A stretch of DNA of 64,000 bases from Squalus acanthias (lineage: Eukaryota). The notes beneath the pieces were generated by a model. It was not told where the DNA came from. It ran no database searches and saw only the letters and a list, made by a program, of their open reading frames with translations. The position numbers were made by a program, and so were the translations under genes. The DNA is taken from positions 118,174,001 through 118,238,000 of the forward strand of contig CM059432.1 in the NCBI GenBank assembly GCA_030390025.1. Reading direction: 5' to 3'. How positions within the stretch are numbered: the first letter of the stretch is position 1; the number at the start of each line of letters is the position of its first letter. Of the stretch, positions 24,639 to 37,670 are shown piece after piece.

Positions 24639-26597
24639 ATGGCCACGACGTTGCCCTGCAGGCTTTGGTGGATGGAGCAAGTGCCAACAGGGAGGTGCTC
24701 TTCCCCTCCTCAGGGAGGAAGAAGCCTCCCCAGCAGACCAAGGCTGTGTGGGTCCAGATCGCCCAGGAGGTCACCTCCTTATCATTCACCTGCAGAACCT
24801 GGATCCAGTGCAGGAAGAGGTTTCATGACCTTCTACGTACTGCTAAAGTGAGTATGACTTTCCCTTCACCCTCAATCTGATTCTATGTTTCTATGTTTCT
24901 ATGATCCCCATTGCCTCTCCTCACCAGCACTCAGCTTTAGCAACCTCTTCCTCCATATCCCACTTGACACTGACATCCATGCACCCTTACCCATTCCCTC
25001 TCCCTCTATGGTCACATTCACCTTACTATTCGACTATGCAGCCCTCACACTCCCTATCACTGTCATGCTATGACAACAACTTACAACACACAGGGAGGGC
25101 CCTTGGTCTTGCCACCTCACTCCATCTTTGTCTCCTTCTAAGCAACTATGCTATGGACTCTCTACACTCATTCCTTCAATCTCACTCGAACTCCACTTGT
25201 CTCCCTCATTGCAGGAAAAGAGAGCTCACAATAAAAGGGAAAGAGCCAGGACAGGAGGAGGCCCAGCCTCATTAGCCCAGCTCACCCCCTGGGAGGATGC
25301 GGTCCTGGAGATCGTGGGCGTAGAGGAGGATACGCAAGTGGGGGACGGACAGACGGGTGCATCAGAGCAAGCTGGTGACTGAATAGTGTTCCATCTCTCT
25401 CATTGACATTGCATGAGTCGCTGATAATGAATCTGAAGCTCTAACAGATGGATTTATGATCATTTGCAATATGCAATGTGCATGTAACCTTGGCATCACA
25501 TCTCTGACTCTTTCCTTTACTCCCCCACAGGACCATCGCAAGCACCCGTCCCCACTAGCCAGGAGGAAGAGCCTGAGCAGACAGACTCCTCAGAGGAAGC
25601 TGCAACCTCTGAGGGCGCAGCGTCAGCAGAACTCAGCGCACCCAGCACCAGTGCAGAGACTCACACCTCGGTGGGACCCTCGGGACATAGAGTAGTGTTG
25701 TCACCTGGTGTATCACAGCTCACAAGTGAGCATCAGCAGATGGTGGAGACAGGGACAGCAGTGGAGAGTCCTAGTCGGAGGGCGCAGGACTCTGCCAGCT
25801 CGGCTCAGCTGCATGTCGACCCTCTGCCTCTGGGTCCATCCATAAGATCAGTGGTGCTGGGACTCCAGGAACAGATGCAGGAGTCTCTGACAGGTTTTGT
25901 CTCCAGGGTCGCTGCGAGTGTGGAGCGAATGGAGGAGTCCATAGCGAACATGAGCAGAGTCTTTGTGGAGTCATTGGCGCATGAACGCATCACCACGGAA
26001 AGGATGGCAACCTCCGTGGAAAGGATGGCTACAGTAGAGGAGAGGATGGCTACGGCTATGGAGGAGATAAGTCGCCAGAGTGCAGAAAACATGGTCATTG
26101 TTCAGAATAGACTGGCATCTCGTGAGAAGCGATGGTCATCTATTGAACAGAGAAACCAGACCTTCATGGAAGTCCTTCTGAGTAGGACTTCCAGTGCAGA
26201 TATGGGTCCCCATGGCCCCCCTGATGTGCAGCAAGGTGCTCTCAAGCCACTTGCAAGCGTTGAGGTGGACCTGACCCATGAGAAGGATGTTGGTGGCACA
26301 CAACAAGGAGGTGGGGGCTCCTCTCCAAGCGCTCACACTTCCATGCCACTGACAAGTCCTCGGTCAGAGCGCCACCAGAGTCCGTACCCAAGTGAAATCG
26401 GCGTCTCAACCCCTGCCCAGCCGCAGGAACAGCAGACTGTTGCCAAGCCCTCACAGGTTCGCAACCCCAGAGGACGCCCGCCAAAGGAGTCGAGACAGGA
26501 GCAGCAACAAACTGAGCAGGGGGCCTCCACTTCTGCTGAAGCCACAGGGGAAGCACCACGTAGGAGCACGCGTAAGAGAAAGAAACTGCACAAATAG
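24639..26597 (+). pseudogene. Harbinger Myb/SANT (trihelix-like) DNA-binding protein, 3 exons (~24639-24847, 25215-25374, 25531-26597); start region damaged
   Basis: Exon 1 REVLFP..RKK...W..IAQEV...RTWIQCRKRFHDL then GTGAGT; exon 2 after TTGCAG encodes EKRAHNKRERARTGGGP; phase-1 join into exon 3 is in frame with ORF 25671-26597, which ends in a basic NLS-like RRSTRKRKK. ATG 24639 is out of frame and the APRFS motif is missing. Confidence 0.85.
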
Positions 26598-26854
26598 TCA
26601 CAAGGGTAGTCACTTGGGTGAATTTTGATATTTAATGTGAAAAAGCCATCAGGTGTAAAGTGTAAATAAAAACTCTGATGGCTACAGCTGCAGTTGTGGC
26701 GTCTGTCATTTCGCTAATGGGACTTCCACAATGAGGCCTTAGGATAACTTGCAATTTTCAGTATGGTGGTCACATTGTTAGGGATCCGCTGGGTCTGGGC
26801 CATTGTCGTAGCTCTGGTAAGAAGCTGTGAGGCAAAAGTGCTTGCTTTTCTAGG

Positions 26855-28096
26855 CTAAGCAAATCTGGCCAAAATGAGTGCATTCCTTGCATTCTGGGCA
26901 GCTGTGGTCTCGCGTAATGCTGCCGCTGGTTGAGGGGCCTCTGCAAGTTGTTCGTTCTCTCTCTCCTCCTCCTCCTCCTCATCTGAGGAGGCTATGTGAG
27001 GAGCCACTTGGTCCTCCGGCATCTGTAAGCCACGACGCTGTGCCATGTTGTGAAGTGCACAGCAAACCACGACGATTCTGGAGACCCTGGCTGCTGAGTA
27101 TTGCAGGGCTCCACCTGATCTATCCAGGCATCTGAAGCGCATCTTCAGCATACCGATGGTTTGCTTGATTATGGCTCTGGTGGAAATGTGGCTGGAGTTG
27201 TAGCTCTCCTCAGCTGCGTTGGATGGGCTCCTCAACGGCGTCATTAGCCACGTCTTCAGTGGATAGCCCTTGTCTCCAAGTAGCCATCTGTGAAGGTGGT
27301 CTGGCGGACTGAATAGCGGAGGCACGCTAGACTGGCGCAGTATGAAGGAGTCATGGCAACTGCCAGGGTACTTGGCACAAACATGCAGAACTTCCTTGTT
27401 GTGGTCACACACCAGCTGAACGTTGAGGGAGTGGAAGCCCTTGCGGTTGACAAAAATACCTGGATTGCGATGGGGTGCCTTAAGGGCCACATGTGTGCAG
27501 TCAACGACGCCCTGCACCCTTGGAAAGCCTGCCAGATTAGCTAATCCAACTGCACGCGCCGTGACACTTGCTCGATCCTTGGTGAAATGGATGTGATTGT
27601 GCGCGATGGCAAAGAGGGCATCGGTTACCTGCGTGATGCAGGTGTGTGCGGCCGCCTGGGAGATGCCGCTGATGTCTGCTGCTGATCCCTGGAATGAGCC
27701 TGAGGCAAAAAAGTTGAGTGCGGTGGTGACTTTGACAGCCACTGGTAAGGGGCGTCCACCTGGTCCTCTGGGCTCCAGGTCTTGTTGCAGCATTGCGCAG
27801 AGGTCACCCACTACCTCTCGCGAAAGTCGGAGCCGCCTTTGGCACTGCTGCTCAGACATGTTGAGGTAGCTGACCTTCTGTCTGTAGATCCTGTTTGGGG
27901 GGTATCTCCTGAGCCGACGGCCTTCCATGTGCTGGCCCCTTCTGTCCTGTGCAGCTTCAGGTGGGTGAGCAGCAGCTTGGCGCTCCTGCTGTTTCTGCTG
28001 CTGTTGGTGGTGCTGTTGTTCATGGTTCTGCTGGTGCCGCGGCTGCTGTTCCTCCTCATCGGATATCCAGGAGGGAAGGAAATAAATGGCTCCCAT
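26855..28096 (-). CDS. Harbinger DDE transposase (HARBI1-like), 413 aa, uninterrupted, third catalytic residue E->K
   Basis: ATG at 28096; [62 protein letters not shown]-rich N-terminus and E-rich C-terminus. Confidence 0.9.
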   Translation of the reverse strand: MGAIYFLPSWISDEEEQQPRHQQNHEQQHHQQQQKQQERQAAAHPPEAAQDRRGQHMEGRRLRRYPPNRIYRQKVSYLNMSEQQCQRRLRLSREVVGDLCAMLQQDLEPRGPGGRPLPVAVKVTTALNFFASGSFQGSAADISGISQAAAHTCITQVTDALFAIAHNHIHFTKDRASVTARAVGLANLAGFPRVQGVVDCTHVALKAPHRNPGIFVNRKGFHSLNVQLVCDHNKEVLHVCAKYPGSCHDSFILRQSSVPPLFSPPDHLHRWLLGDKGYPLKTWLMTPLRSPSNAAEESYNSSHISTRAIIKQTIGMLKMRFRCLDRSGGALQYSAARVSRIVVVCCALHNMAQRRGLQMPEDQVAPHIASSDEEEEEERENEQLAEAPQPAAALRETTAAQNARNALILARFA

Positions 28097-30456
28097 GCCT
28101 CTGGTATATGTCTCAGTTGAAGAAGCCCTCAATGAGGGTGGCGAGAGGGGTTTCCCAGGAGGTCACACTGCAGATGGGTGTCAGGCTCCAAACTTCCAGA
28201 GCTGTGGTTATGCCTTCTAAAAGTTCCCCCAGACCTGTTACAACAAAGTCCTGCCACCTGCAATTGATGGCTGATCAAATCTCCTATTTAAAGGTTGAGC
28301 TGCAGCTGAGAGTCAGCAATCCACTTGTGCTCCCGCCAGGTTTCACTGGAGTGTTTCACACCAGGCGTGCTTCACGTGGGAAAAGGGTTAAACTAGCCTA
28401 AAATGCTTCAAAATGGCATTACTGAGCCAATTTAGGGCTTGTTAAGGGCTTTAATGGCCTCTCCCACCTCTTGGAGGCAGGACGGAGTCGGGAACCCTGC
28501 GACTGATTTTGTCAAAATTGCGTGGAGGCGGGATGGGGTCGGAAACCCCGACCCCGCAAATTTAACCCCCCACACTCCTCCAAACCCGACTCCATGGGTC
28601 ATTCAAAATCCAGCCCATTGCTTTGCATGGATCTATTACCCACCTTTCCCATTAAAACTTTTAGCTTTCGAAAGTGGGGGTGAGGCAAGCATTGCTGTCA
28701 TTCGTCTGACCCTCTGCCTCTTCATACAATTCTCAACCCTCTGAACTGCTGCTTTTGATCTCGGCCGCACACTTGTCCATATTAGCTGCCAATTTAGCTT
28801 TCATCTTCCTTTATGTCAGCCAGGCGAGCTGCAGAATTCAACATTTGCCGTTCTACAGCGATATCTCCCAACTCCTCTGCACGCGCGGTCAGGGGTGGCA
28901 CCAATGACAAAGCTGCCTTTGCAAGACATCTGAAGCTTGTTTGAATTACAGATCTGTATGGTTCAGTTTTAGGTAGGTTTTTGGAAAGATGTTAATACTG
29001 CTTGGGGTCATGTGTGAATAAAATACTGAGTAAAATGAAAAATTTGTTCCAATTTTTAGATACTCACTCAAGTTCGAACTAGCACTCACCCTGGGACTCT
29101 GCACAAAGCTCTTTTCTAGATAAAGGGGAAGCTGATGCCTTCCTTTTCTTTTCTCCAGAAGATCACTTGCCCCTCTTCTTTCATCTTCTGTCCATCCTTG
29201 CGGCTCCCCCTTTATTTCCTTTTCTCTATCTCCTCTCCTTACTTCCTCCTTTCCTTTCTTGCATATTTCTATTTTATCTTTACCTTCCCTTTGCCTCCAT
29301 TTCTACTTGCTTCTTGTACCCCTTCTGTTCTTCCCCTCCCTATATCCTCCATACCAGCAAGTGTACGGCTTGTGGTACAGTTGAAGGAGGAGACTATTTG
29401 ATGCGCTAAAAGTCATGGTTTTGACAGCAAGGAGTCTAAATTGTAAAATCATCCTACGTTTTTCATTGACCTGAAAGTAATTTATTTCTGAATACGCCTA
29501 TAAAATTCCAGTGCTATATTTTTGGAATCCCAGTAGCCGTGCAGAGAATGATGACTCCTACTATTTGCAACAAGCTTTGAATATTAATCAATGAGCCTGA
29601 GATAGATGTCATTGCAGCCTTAATGTTGGTGGTGCGATGTTATCCTGGACACCTTCCTTCACATACTTTGAGAATGTTCCAAGACAATTGTCTTTAGATT
29701 AGGGAGAGTTAGCATTGAGAATCTGTCATGTCAATGTGCCCTTGTGTCAAAGATCCTGTCTGCTGTGGTACAATGTTAACAACAGTCTCTGAAATGAAAT
29801 AAACAAGTTCAAAAGCACCTTGCAGTAGTTTATGCTCCTAAACTACTTTCCCTAGTTCCCAGAATGCTTTTCGCACAGGCTGCTGTAGTTGTAGAGGAAT
29901 GAATGTCCTCTGCCCCATTCTTCCTTGAAAAAACCTACCCAACAGGCTAACAGTTGCCATTTATGAAATCCCATAGTTCAATGCCTGCTACTTTGGAGTA
30001 AGAGTATGAGGGGAATTTTAACGTGCAGGAGCACATGGGTTTGGGTTCGGGTGGGGGAGTTAAAACCGGCAAAAATGTCAGCGTGTCAGGAAGCCGGCTC
30101 CAACCCACCAACTTCTGTGTTTAACTAGAGCGCGTTAGGCTGGTTGCATGAAACCCCCTCGGGAGAGGCGAGTTGCCTATTAACATATGATAATCGCTCA
30201 ATTGAAGCGACGTTTCAACACACTTTTAAATTTAACGTCGCATCCACGGGTTTCGGAGGCTGCCTGAAATTTGCCCTTGAAAGCAAGCCAAGAACACAAC
30301 AGCAATGGAGGGGCTGATAAAAACTCATAGAAATACTGCAATAAGTACTCAGTGCTCACAGCTGCTTTCTTACCTACTAGTGGGAATGGGTTTGTTCACA
30401 GTACTTTTGCTGAGAGTTTACATTCTACAATTTGGAGATTTTTGAATCACGTCAGG

Positions 30457-31626
30457 ATGGGTGGCGCCTTGGCTGCCTTAGATTGGACCACGGACAAGGA
30501 GCAATATGACCAGCACCAGCAGCAGCAGCCTGCTGTTCAGAGATGTACAATTGGACAGCAGAGATGGGAGCAGCAGAGAGGGGAACAGCTGAGGGTGTGG
30601 CTCGTAGGAGGCACTACCTGTGACACAGGGTGTACAGGCTGAGGCTGAGTTTCCACTACTGTTGGAACAGCAGTGTTTCAGGAGGCTTAGGTTGTTGCTT
30701 CAGGTGGTGGCAGACATCAGCAGGCTCCTAGAAGAAGACCTACTCCCTGCTGGACCTGGTGGTCATGTGTTACCAATGGCTGGCAAAGTCACCGCCGCCC
30801 TCAAACTTTTTGCCTCTGTATCCTTCCAGGGCTCTGCTGCAGACTAATCCAGGAGCTCCCATTCGACGGCCGCAAATGCATAAGACAGGTGACTGATGGG
30901 TTGTTTGGCAGGGCCGGCAATTATGTCAACTTTGCTGGTGATCAAGCCAGTCAGAATGAGCAGGTGCTCGTATTTGTGGCTCTGGCTGGCCTACCACAGG
31001 TGCAGGGCATCATCAACTGCACACACGTGGTAATCAGCGCTCCCCCCAGATCAACCAGGAGTATTCCTGAACAGCAAGGGCTTCAACTCCATCAACGTGC
31101 AGCTGGAGGTGTGCCATGATGCTTTCGTCCTGCGGCAGTCCAAGCTCCCGGACGTCTTTGGACCTGCAAGCACACTTAAGGGGTGGCTGTTAGGAGACAT
31201 GGGATACCCACTGCAAACTTGGCTGATGACACCTGTCAGAAAGCCGACAAATGAAATGCAACAGCGATACAATGAATGCTATATGACCACCAGATGTGTG
31301 ATTGAACAAGCCATCAGCATGCTGTAGATGCACTTCAGGTGCCAAGACAGATCTGGAGGCACCTTCAGTACACACCAGCCAGGGTCTCCAGAATGGTCAT
31401 GGTGTGCTGTGCTCTGCACAACATCGCGCAGCAACGAGGCTTGGACCTGCAGGAGGAACTAGGCGCAGAGCTCAGATCCCCTGCCACCAATTCTGAGCAG
31501 GAGGAGGAGGAAGAGGAAAACGAGGATGACAAGGAGGAGGAAGGTGATGAGGCCGATGCAGCACCAGCTGCTCACATTGCTGCCCAGGATGCCAGGGATG
31601 CCCTTATTAATGCAAGATTCACTTAG
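30457..31626 (+). pseudogene. Harbinger transposase, multiple stops and frameshifts
   Basis: [51 protein letters not shown]. Confidence 0.9.
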
Positions 31627-31943
31627 GTTGCACCAATGGACCCATGTCTCAAGCACATGCAAACACCACTTTCCCCCCCTCCACCCCCCTGCCCCAATGC
31701 CACTGACACAAAGAAGTCCTGTAAACAACCAACCACCCCGTGAACATCTGCCCATTGACCCCAGCAATTCATGTCTTCCCATTCATCATCAAGCAAGTTA
31801 AAAGGCAACTTGCCACCCAGTACCCAAGAATGAGCAAGATGGGAAAGTGGTGCAAACTAATGAAATTTAAGTGATTCTGCTAAAGAACAGAAACTTAACA
31901 ACATTACATTTTCTCAGCCACCCATGTGCAGACCCTTGTGCAA

Positions 31944-34245
31944 CTACAAAGATTTACACTTCCTGTTCCTACCGCTCCTACGTGGTGCAACCCCTGTGGC
32001 TTCAGCAGAGGTAGAGACAGGCTGCTCAGATCCCTGCTCCGACTGCTGAGATGCTCCTGGCCGACATTCCCTGGGTTTTTTAGCCCATGAGGGCCCTGCC
32101 AAAGACTGCTCCACTTGCACCTGTGCAGGGGCAGACTCGGCCATCAGTAGATGAGGCAACATGTCAGGTACTGACTGCGTGGTGCGGGGGGTGGAGGGGC
32201 AATGGGTAAGAAGTGGAAGCGCTTTGAGTGGAGTCTCCACTTCCATGTCCCCTTTCACCATCATCCCTCTAATGGGCCGACCGTATTTCACTGCTACCAC
32301 TGTGAGGAGAACACTTTGGTGCAGATTAGTGCGGTCCTGTAAGGCCAAGGCTAAGGTATCTGGCATCCTATTTAAGGCGGGTGACATGTCTATCCAGAGT
32401 GTGCATGGTTATGGTCAAGGTGTTCTTGGACTCATTTGATTGCCGTGTTTGATGTTCCACGGAGTTAGCCCCTTTATCCATGCAAGAAGACATCCTCGCA
32501 ATGTCCTGCGGCATCAACCCACTCCTGCTTGAGGCAGACGCCTCCTTTCTCTCTGCAATCGTGATCAGTGTGCTTGGAAGGCCTGTCAGTGCATCACACA
32601 TTTTCTGCTGCTACTGAATGATTCTCCTTTGCATCGACGACCCCCGAGGTACAGCATCTGTGTCCAGCTGAGCAAAGCTTGGAGAGGGCTGCGCCCTCCA
32701 ACGCACCGCTTCACAGCTGTCCCTGTCTCTACCATCTGCTCCTGCTGACTTGTGAAATGTGAGTCACCAGGTGAAATCCCAACTCTCTGTCCTCCTGGTC
32801 CCACTGAAGTGTGAGTATCTGAGCTGGTTCAGGGTCGGAATGAGTCCTGTGACGGTGCACCCTCAGAAGGACTCAGCTCCTCTGAGGAATCATCGTCAGC
32901 GACGTCCACCGACTCCTGCTGCAAGCGTGAAGGCCTCATGGGAGATAAAAGACATGAATTAGTCCCGGCAAGGTAAGAATGTTGCAAGCTATCATTATGA
33001 AGATGATCATCATAGAATCATAGATCATAGAAAGTTACAGCACGGAAGGAGGCCATTTCGGCCCATCGTGTCCTCGCCGGCCAACGAAGAGCTATCCAGC
33101 CTAATCCCACTTCCCAGCTCTTGGTCCGTAGCCCTGCAGGTTAGAGCATCCCAAGTGCACATCCAAGTACTTTTTAAATGTGGTTAGGGTTTCTGCCTCT
33201 ACCACCCTTTCAGGCAGTCAGTTCCAGACCCCCACAACCCTCTGGGTGAAGAAATTTCCCCTCAAATCCCCTCTAAACCTTCCACCAATTACTTTAAATC
33301 TGTTTCCCCTGGTTTTTGACCCCTCTGCTAAGGGAAATAGGTCCTTTCTATCCACTTTATCTAGGCCCCTCATAATTGTATACACCTCAATAAGGTCTCC
33401 CCTCAGCCTCCTCTGTTCCAAGGAAGACAAACCCAGCCTATCCAGTCTTTCCTCATAGCTAAGATTCTCTACTCCCGGCAACATCATATTTCACTCGCTG
33501 TTGAAATCAAGTCAACATGATTGAGTGTTGTTTGACATGTGGGTGGCTGATAATTAATTGTGTCACCAGATAGCTGGGAGGTCCTCATCTTTCCATCTCC
33601 GATGGCCAGGGACGCCAAAATGCCACTGATCTCCAGCACTTCCTCCTTTGCAGTTGTTAGCTGTTAGATCTGTGGAGGGCCACCTCCAGTTCTCTCCCTC
33701 TCCCTCATGTTCTGTGCTCTCCTGCAACGGGGGGAAAGAACAGACATATGAGTGAGTGCAATGGCATGTGTTCAACCGATGGATGGCGTGCATTTGGTGA
33801 GGATGACTATGAGGGAGAGGCAAGACATTGCATAAGGATGAGGGTGAGTGGCAGTGGTGGAGGGATAGATGGGGATGTGAGGAAGTGTGTAGTCAGAGAA
33901 GGATGGATGTGATGTGATAGAGTAGGCTTGACACGGCAGAGTTGGGGTGGTGGGGTGATGATGCGCACAGGAGGATGTAGGTGAATGTGCAACTGTACTC
34001 ACCTTTCCTGACCTGGTTAGGCCATTAAAGTGCTTCCCGCACTGAATCCAGGAGTGTGGTACAATGCTCCTCCTGCTGACATCCTGGGCCACATCCAGCC
34101 ACGCCTTTTTTGTGGCAGCATCAGGTTTCTTCCTCCCGTTGCTGGGGAAGAGTACCTCTCTACAACTCCTCATTGACCACAGCAGTGCATCAAGCGAGTG
34201 ATCATTAAATCAAGGCGCAGCCCTTGGCTGTCCTGAATCCATCAT
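31944..34245 (-). pseudogene. Harbinger Myb/SANT gene, decayed, 3 exons
   Basis: REVLFPSNGRKK...WIQCGKHFN then GTGAGT donor near 34002; exon-2 remnant at ~33565-33720; C-terminus APRRSGRNRK. Confidence 0.8.
33012..33487 (-). mobile_element. CR1 3' fragment inserted in the Myb intron
   Basis: LSYEERLDRLGL...FFTQRVVGVWN; catcata present at both junctions. Confidence 0.9.
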
Positions 34246-35732
34246 GAAACTTCTCCCTCTCTTTGTGCAAACTCTTAACTGCTCCAAATTCCATTTTTGG
34301 ATTGGCCCTTTAAATTCTAGAGTTGAGATCGCGTCACGCGTGTCCACATCTTGGCCGCTGCCACGCAATCGATGCCAAACCTGGAAGTATAATGATAATG
34401 AGGTGGCTGCGTTAAAATGCCACTTAAGTCACGCTGAAATTCCTTCCGGGTTTCCCGCGAGATATCGGAACCCCCCCATCCCCGCTCCCAGCTCCCAACG
34501 CGCGCCCGAGTTAATATCGGTGGTTAACTCCATTGATGCTGAAATGAAAGCTAAATATCACTGCACTGAGTTGTTCGTTCTGAATATATCTAAGCCAGTA
34601 GCAGATTTATTTTATATGTTGTGACCCACCTGCAGAAAAATCATTACAAAAATCATTATGTGGTTAATCTAATCATATCTGCTGCTTGTGATCAATTCAA
34701 ACTCTGTTCTCAGTGAACTGTCAATGGTAGGTCATTGTATGACTGCAGAATTGATTGCCATAGCAACAACTTGATACTAAAAGACTATCTACCTCCTTGC
34801 AATCTGCAGGCCTGGCATGGCATTAGCAATCATACTACACAAAAAGGGATTGTGAACCATTAATTGCACGTAGCACCCATTCATTAAGCTGGCAGAAGGG
34901 ATGACTGCCGTGCTTGATGCAGAAACCCAATACAAACATTTCTTATTTTGCACAGGATGAATATTAGCATGTTGCTCTACAAGCTATCACAAGATACATA
35001 CTGAGCACAATGTACTTAAATGTATTTTAAGAACAGATATGCTAAAGCCATACATTCAACTAATAATAATCAAATACTGCAATTGGCATCAACTGGGAGA
35101 TGAGAATGAATGTTAATGTATTACTTCTCCAGCTGACTTTTGACCTCTGTGTTTCATGTTTTCAGGGATCACTACATAGCTAAGAGATGGTATGAAATAG
35201 CTGATTATGCCAAAATATATTCCTCTGAAGATCACTGCAGTTACACGAGCTTCAGATGCCTGTGTTGTTATTACTGACCTCTGGCACTAAAATATAACTT
35301 GCAAGGTTCAACTATTCAAAGAGCACCCATTCTGAAATTCAGACACTTTAATGGGATGCAGGCTGATGGCTGCAGCCATGTCACTAGAGCAGCTGAATGA
35401 TTATAATGAACGGTATTCTTTACAGTTAATTGAACATGTTGGCACTACCCTTATCAATCTCATTTTCATGAAATGAATATTCAGCTCACACATTTGTAGT
35501 GGAAGTATGTACTGTTTAACTGCTATTGACAGCAGCTATAACTTACAGAGATGTTAATAGTAGATACTTAGCAGTAAGTTGCATTACAAAATAATAGTGA
35601 AAACAGTAGAAAACACATTAAATATAATTGATTTAAGAACATTTATAGACAGAAGACACATTCTACATATCCTGATTGCTTGGCCAGCAGGCACTAATCT
35701 TCAAAAGCATTCTACATTCTTAAAGCACTAAT

Positions 35733-36340
35733 ACCCGATATTTAGGGGTAGGTGGGGAGGGCACGGGTGAGGCTGAAGACGGCCGGGGGCATGGAGGTCC
35801 TGCCGATCTTAATGGTAGGAACTCATTAACATTTTGTAGATCTGTTTCCCACCCAGCAGCCGGCCAAATGAACAGTATTTGATTATTATTAGTTGAATGT
35901 ATGGCTTTAGCATATCTGTTCTTAACAGGTGGGCAGGAGGGATCACCAGCGGCAGGAGGCCGTGGCCAGGGATGCTTGGGGACGGTCCCTGGCAATCGGG
36001 AAGAGGAAGGGGCCCACAATAGGAAGGATCGTACATTATTTTGCTGCTCTGACTCTGTTCCCCAGCCAGTTGAATCACCTGCTGCAGCAGAATGCACCTC
36101 CCCTTTAAGAGGTGCAGGCTGCCATTAAGAAGTGCAGGCTAGCTTTAATTGGGGCTAGCCTCACACAAACTTGGGCCCGCTGCTGAGCGTTCAGCTGCTC
36201 AGTAGTGTGTTCAGCGCTGGGCTGAACGCCACAATCATGTTAATTAGCAGGCAGCACGAATTTAGGCTGCTGCCTGCATTACTGACCCCGCATTGCGAAC
36301 CCTGCACCTGTTTTCGGGTGCAAACCAATTTCTAGCCTTG
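35733..36340. mobile_element. Harbinger-type MITE remnant
   Basis: Ends cccgatatttagggg / ccaatttctagcc; interior similar to 58163-59000 and ~20340-20530. Confidence 0.55.
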
Positions 36341-37670
36341 AAAGTCTTTCATTCTAAAGTTGATGCACCCCAATTTTACGTCCAGTGCTACTGACCAGCG
36401 AGGCTCCTGAGAAAATGCATGGGGAAAGAGTAGACAATTGGGACTAAAAAGACACCTTAAATGGCTATGATAAATCGGGGATAAGCCTTGATGCATTATG
36501 TGGCCTACTCCTGTTCCTATGCAATCATCTATTGCACCAGCATTTTACAAATGTAATTGATGCTTTTGTTATTTTTCCATCTCTGATCCAAACCTTTCCA
36601 AGGGTCTTAGCTCTTCCTGGCTAAATTCCCAGCTTCTTTATGTTTTTCCAAATATCAAGGCATCCCTTAATTTGCTACAGATAAGTAAAGCAATTTATAT
36701 AACTAAATAAAAAGCAACTCAGGCAAGCTCATAATGGAACCATAATACAATTATGCCAATTCTTGCATTTTTCTAAGTTAAATTATTTACTGAATTAATG
36801 TGCTTTGTTTAGTACCGTTATTTTGTAAAATGATATAAAACAAGATAGAATAAGCTTTGCTTTTCTTTTTATTTAAAAAAAACGTGTTCTCCTGCATTCC
36901 ACTGCTGTGGTCTGCCACCCTCCACTGTTGCCAAATTGACTGAATTTGGCTAACCCACTATAAAACCGGGGACTAGACCTTCCTGATGTTCTGATGAAGG
37001 ACGCATTGATCTACCTTTCTCCTCCAGGAGCTGACAGTCATCCTGATATTTTATATCAGACCTTTTTGGTCTGTTTGACTCAGCGGCATGGCATGAAATG
37101 CACTTACCCACTGACTCACTATGCAGGGCGGAAGGGTGCTTTCTGTAACTTTCAATCAAGCCTTCTCACATGCAGGAGAGAAGTTAGTTCAATAGACCGA
37201 TGAAAGCAACCGAGATTGACTGTTTTCCAAATATTAGTATCTCTGAACTCAAATACTTCAATTTTCAATGTGAAATGTGTCAGTGGAAAACCGTTAAGGG
37301 CTGATCTACACGCTTGACAGCTGTTATCAACGGCGTAGTTAGGCAAGATGCAAAATTCTGGCACCCTGTCAGCAAAGAACCATTTAGTCCTCTAACTTGT
37401 GCCATGACAGGAAGGTTCAATTATACACTTGACAAGCCTGGTACTACAATGGAATCTGGATATTATTGCACTAGCTTAGAATGAAATGGTTCTTACTGTT
37501 GGGATGCCACAGCAATCCATGTATTTCTACTCAAAATCTATTTTCCTGCTATGTTACGCAATGAATTTATTTCTTTGAACAACAGTAATTATTCTTTGGA
37601 TGGCCTTTGATCCCATGCCATACTGGCATGCTGAAAAAGAAATTTTAACAAAAAGAGAATGCAAAAGTTA

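Larger units (their letters stand above)
24359..28616. mobile_element. Structurally complete two-gene Harbinger (PIF/Harbinger) DNA transposon, 4258 bp
   Basis: Perfect 13-bp TIRs GGGCTGGATTTTG / CAAAATCCAGCCC; 3-bp TSD ATT (24356-24358, 28617-28619); convergent Myb-like and transposase genes. Confidence 0.95.
30010..34525. mobile_element. Decayed two-gene Harbinger transposon
   Basis: Transposase (+) and Myb gene (-) convergent; ends only partly inverted (ggggaattttaac vs gttaatatcgg). Confidence 0.85.

Noticed and set aside
26855..28096. Host HARBI1 gene
   Set aside because: Lies inside TIRs with a TSD, next to a Myb partner, and has multiple decayed paralogues in the window; it is a transposon copy.
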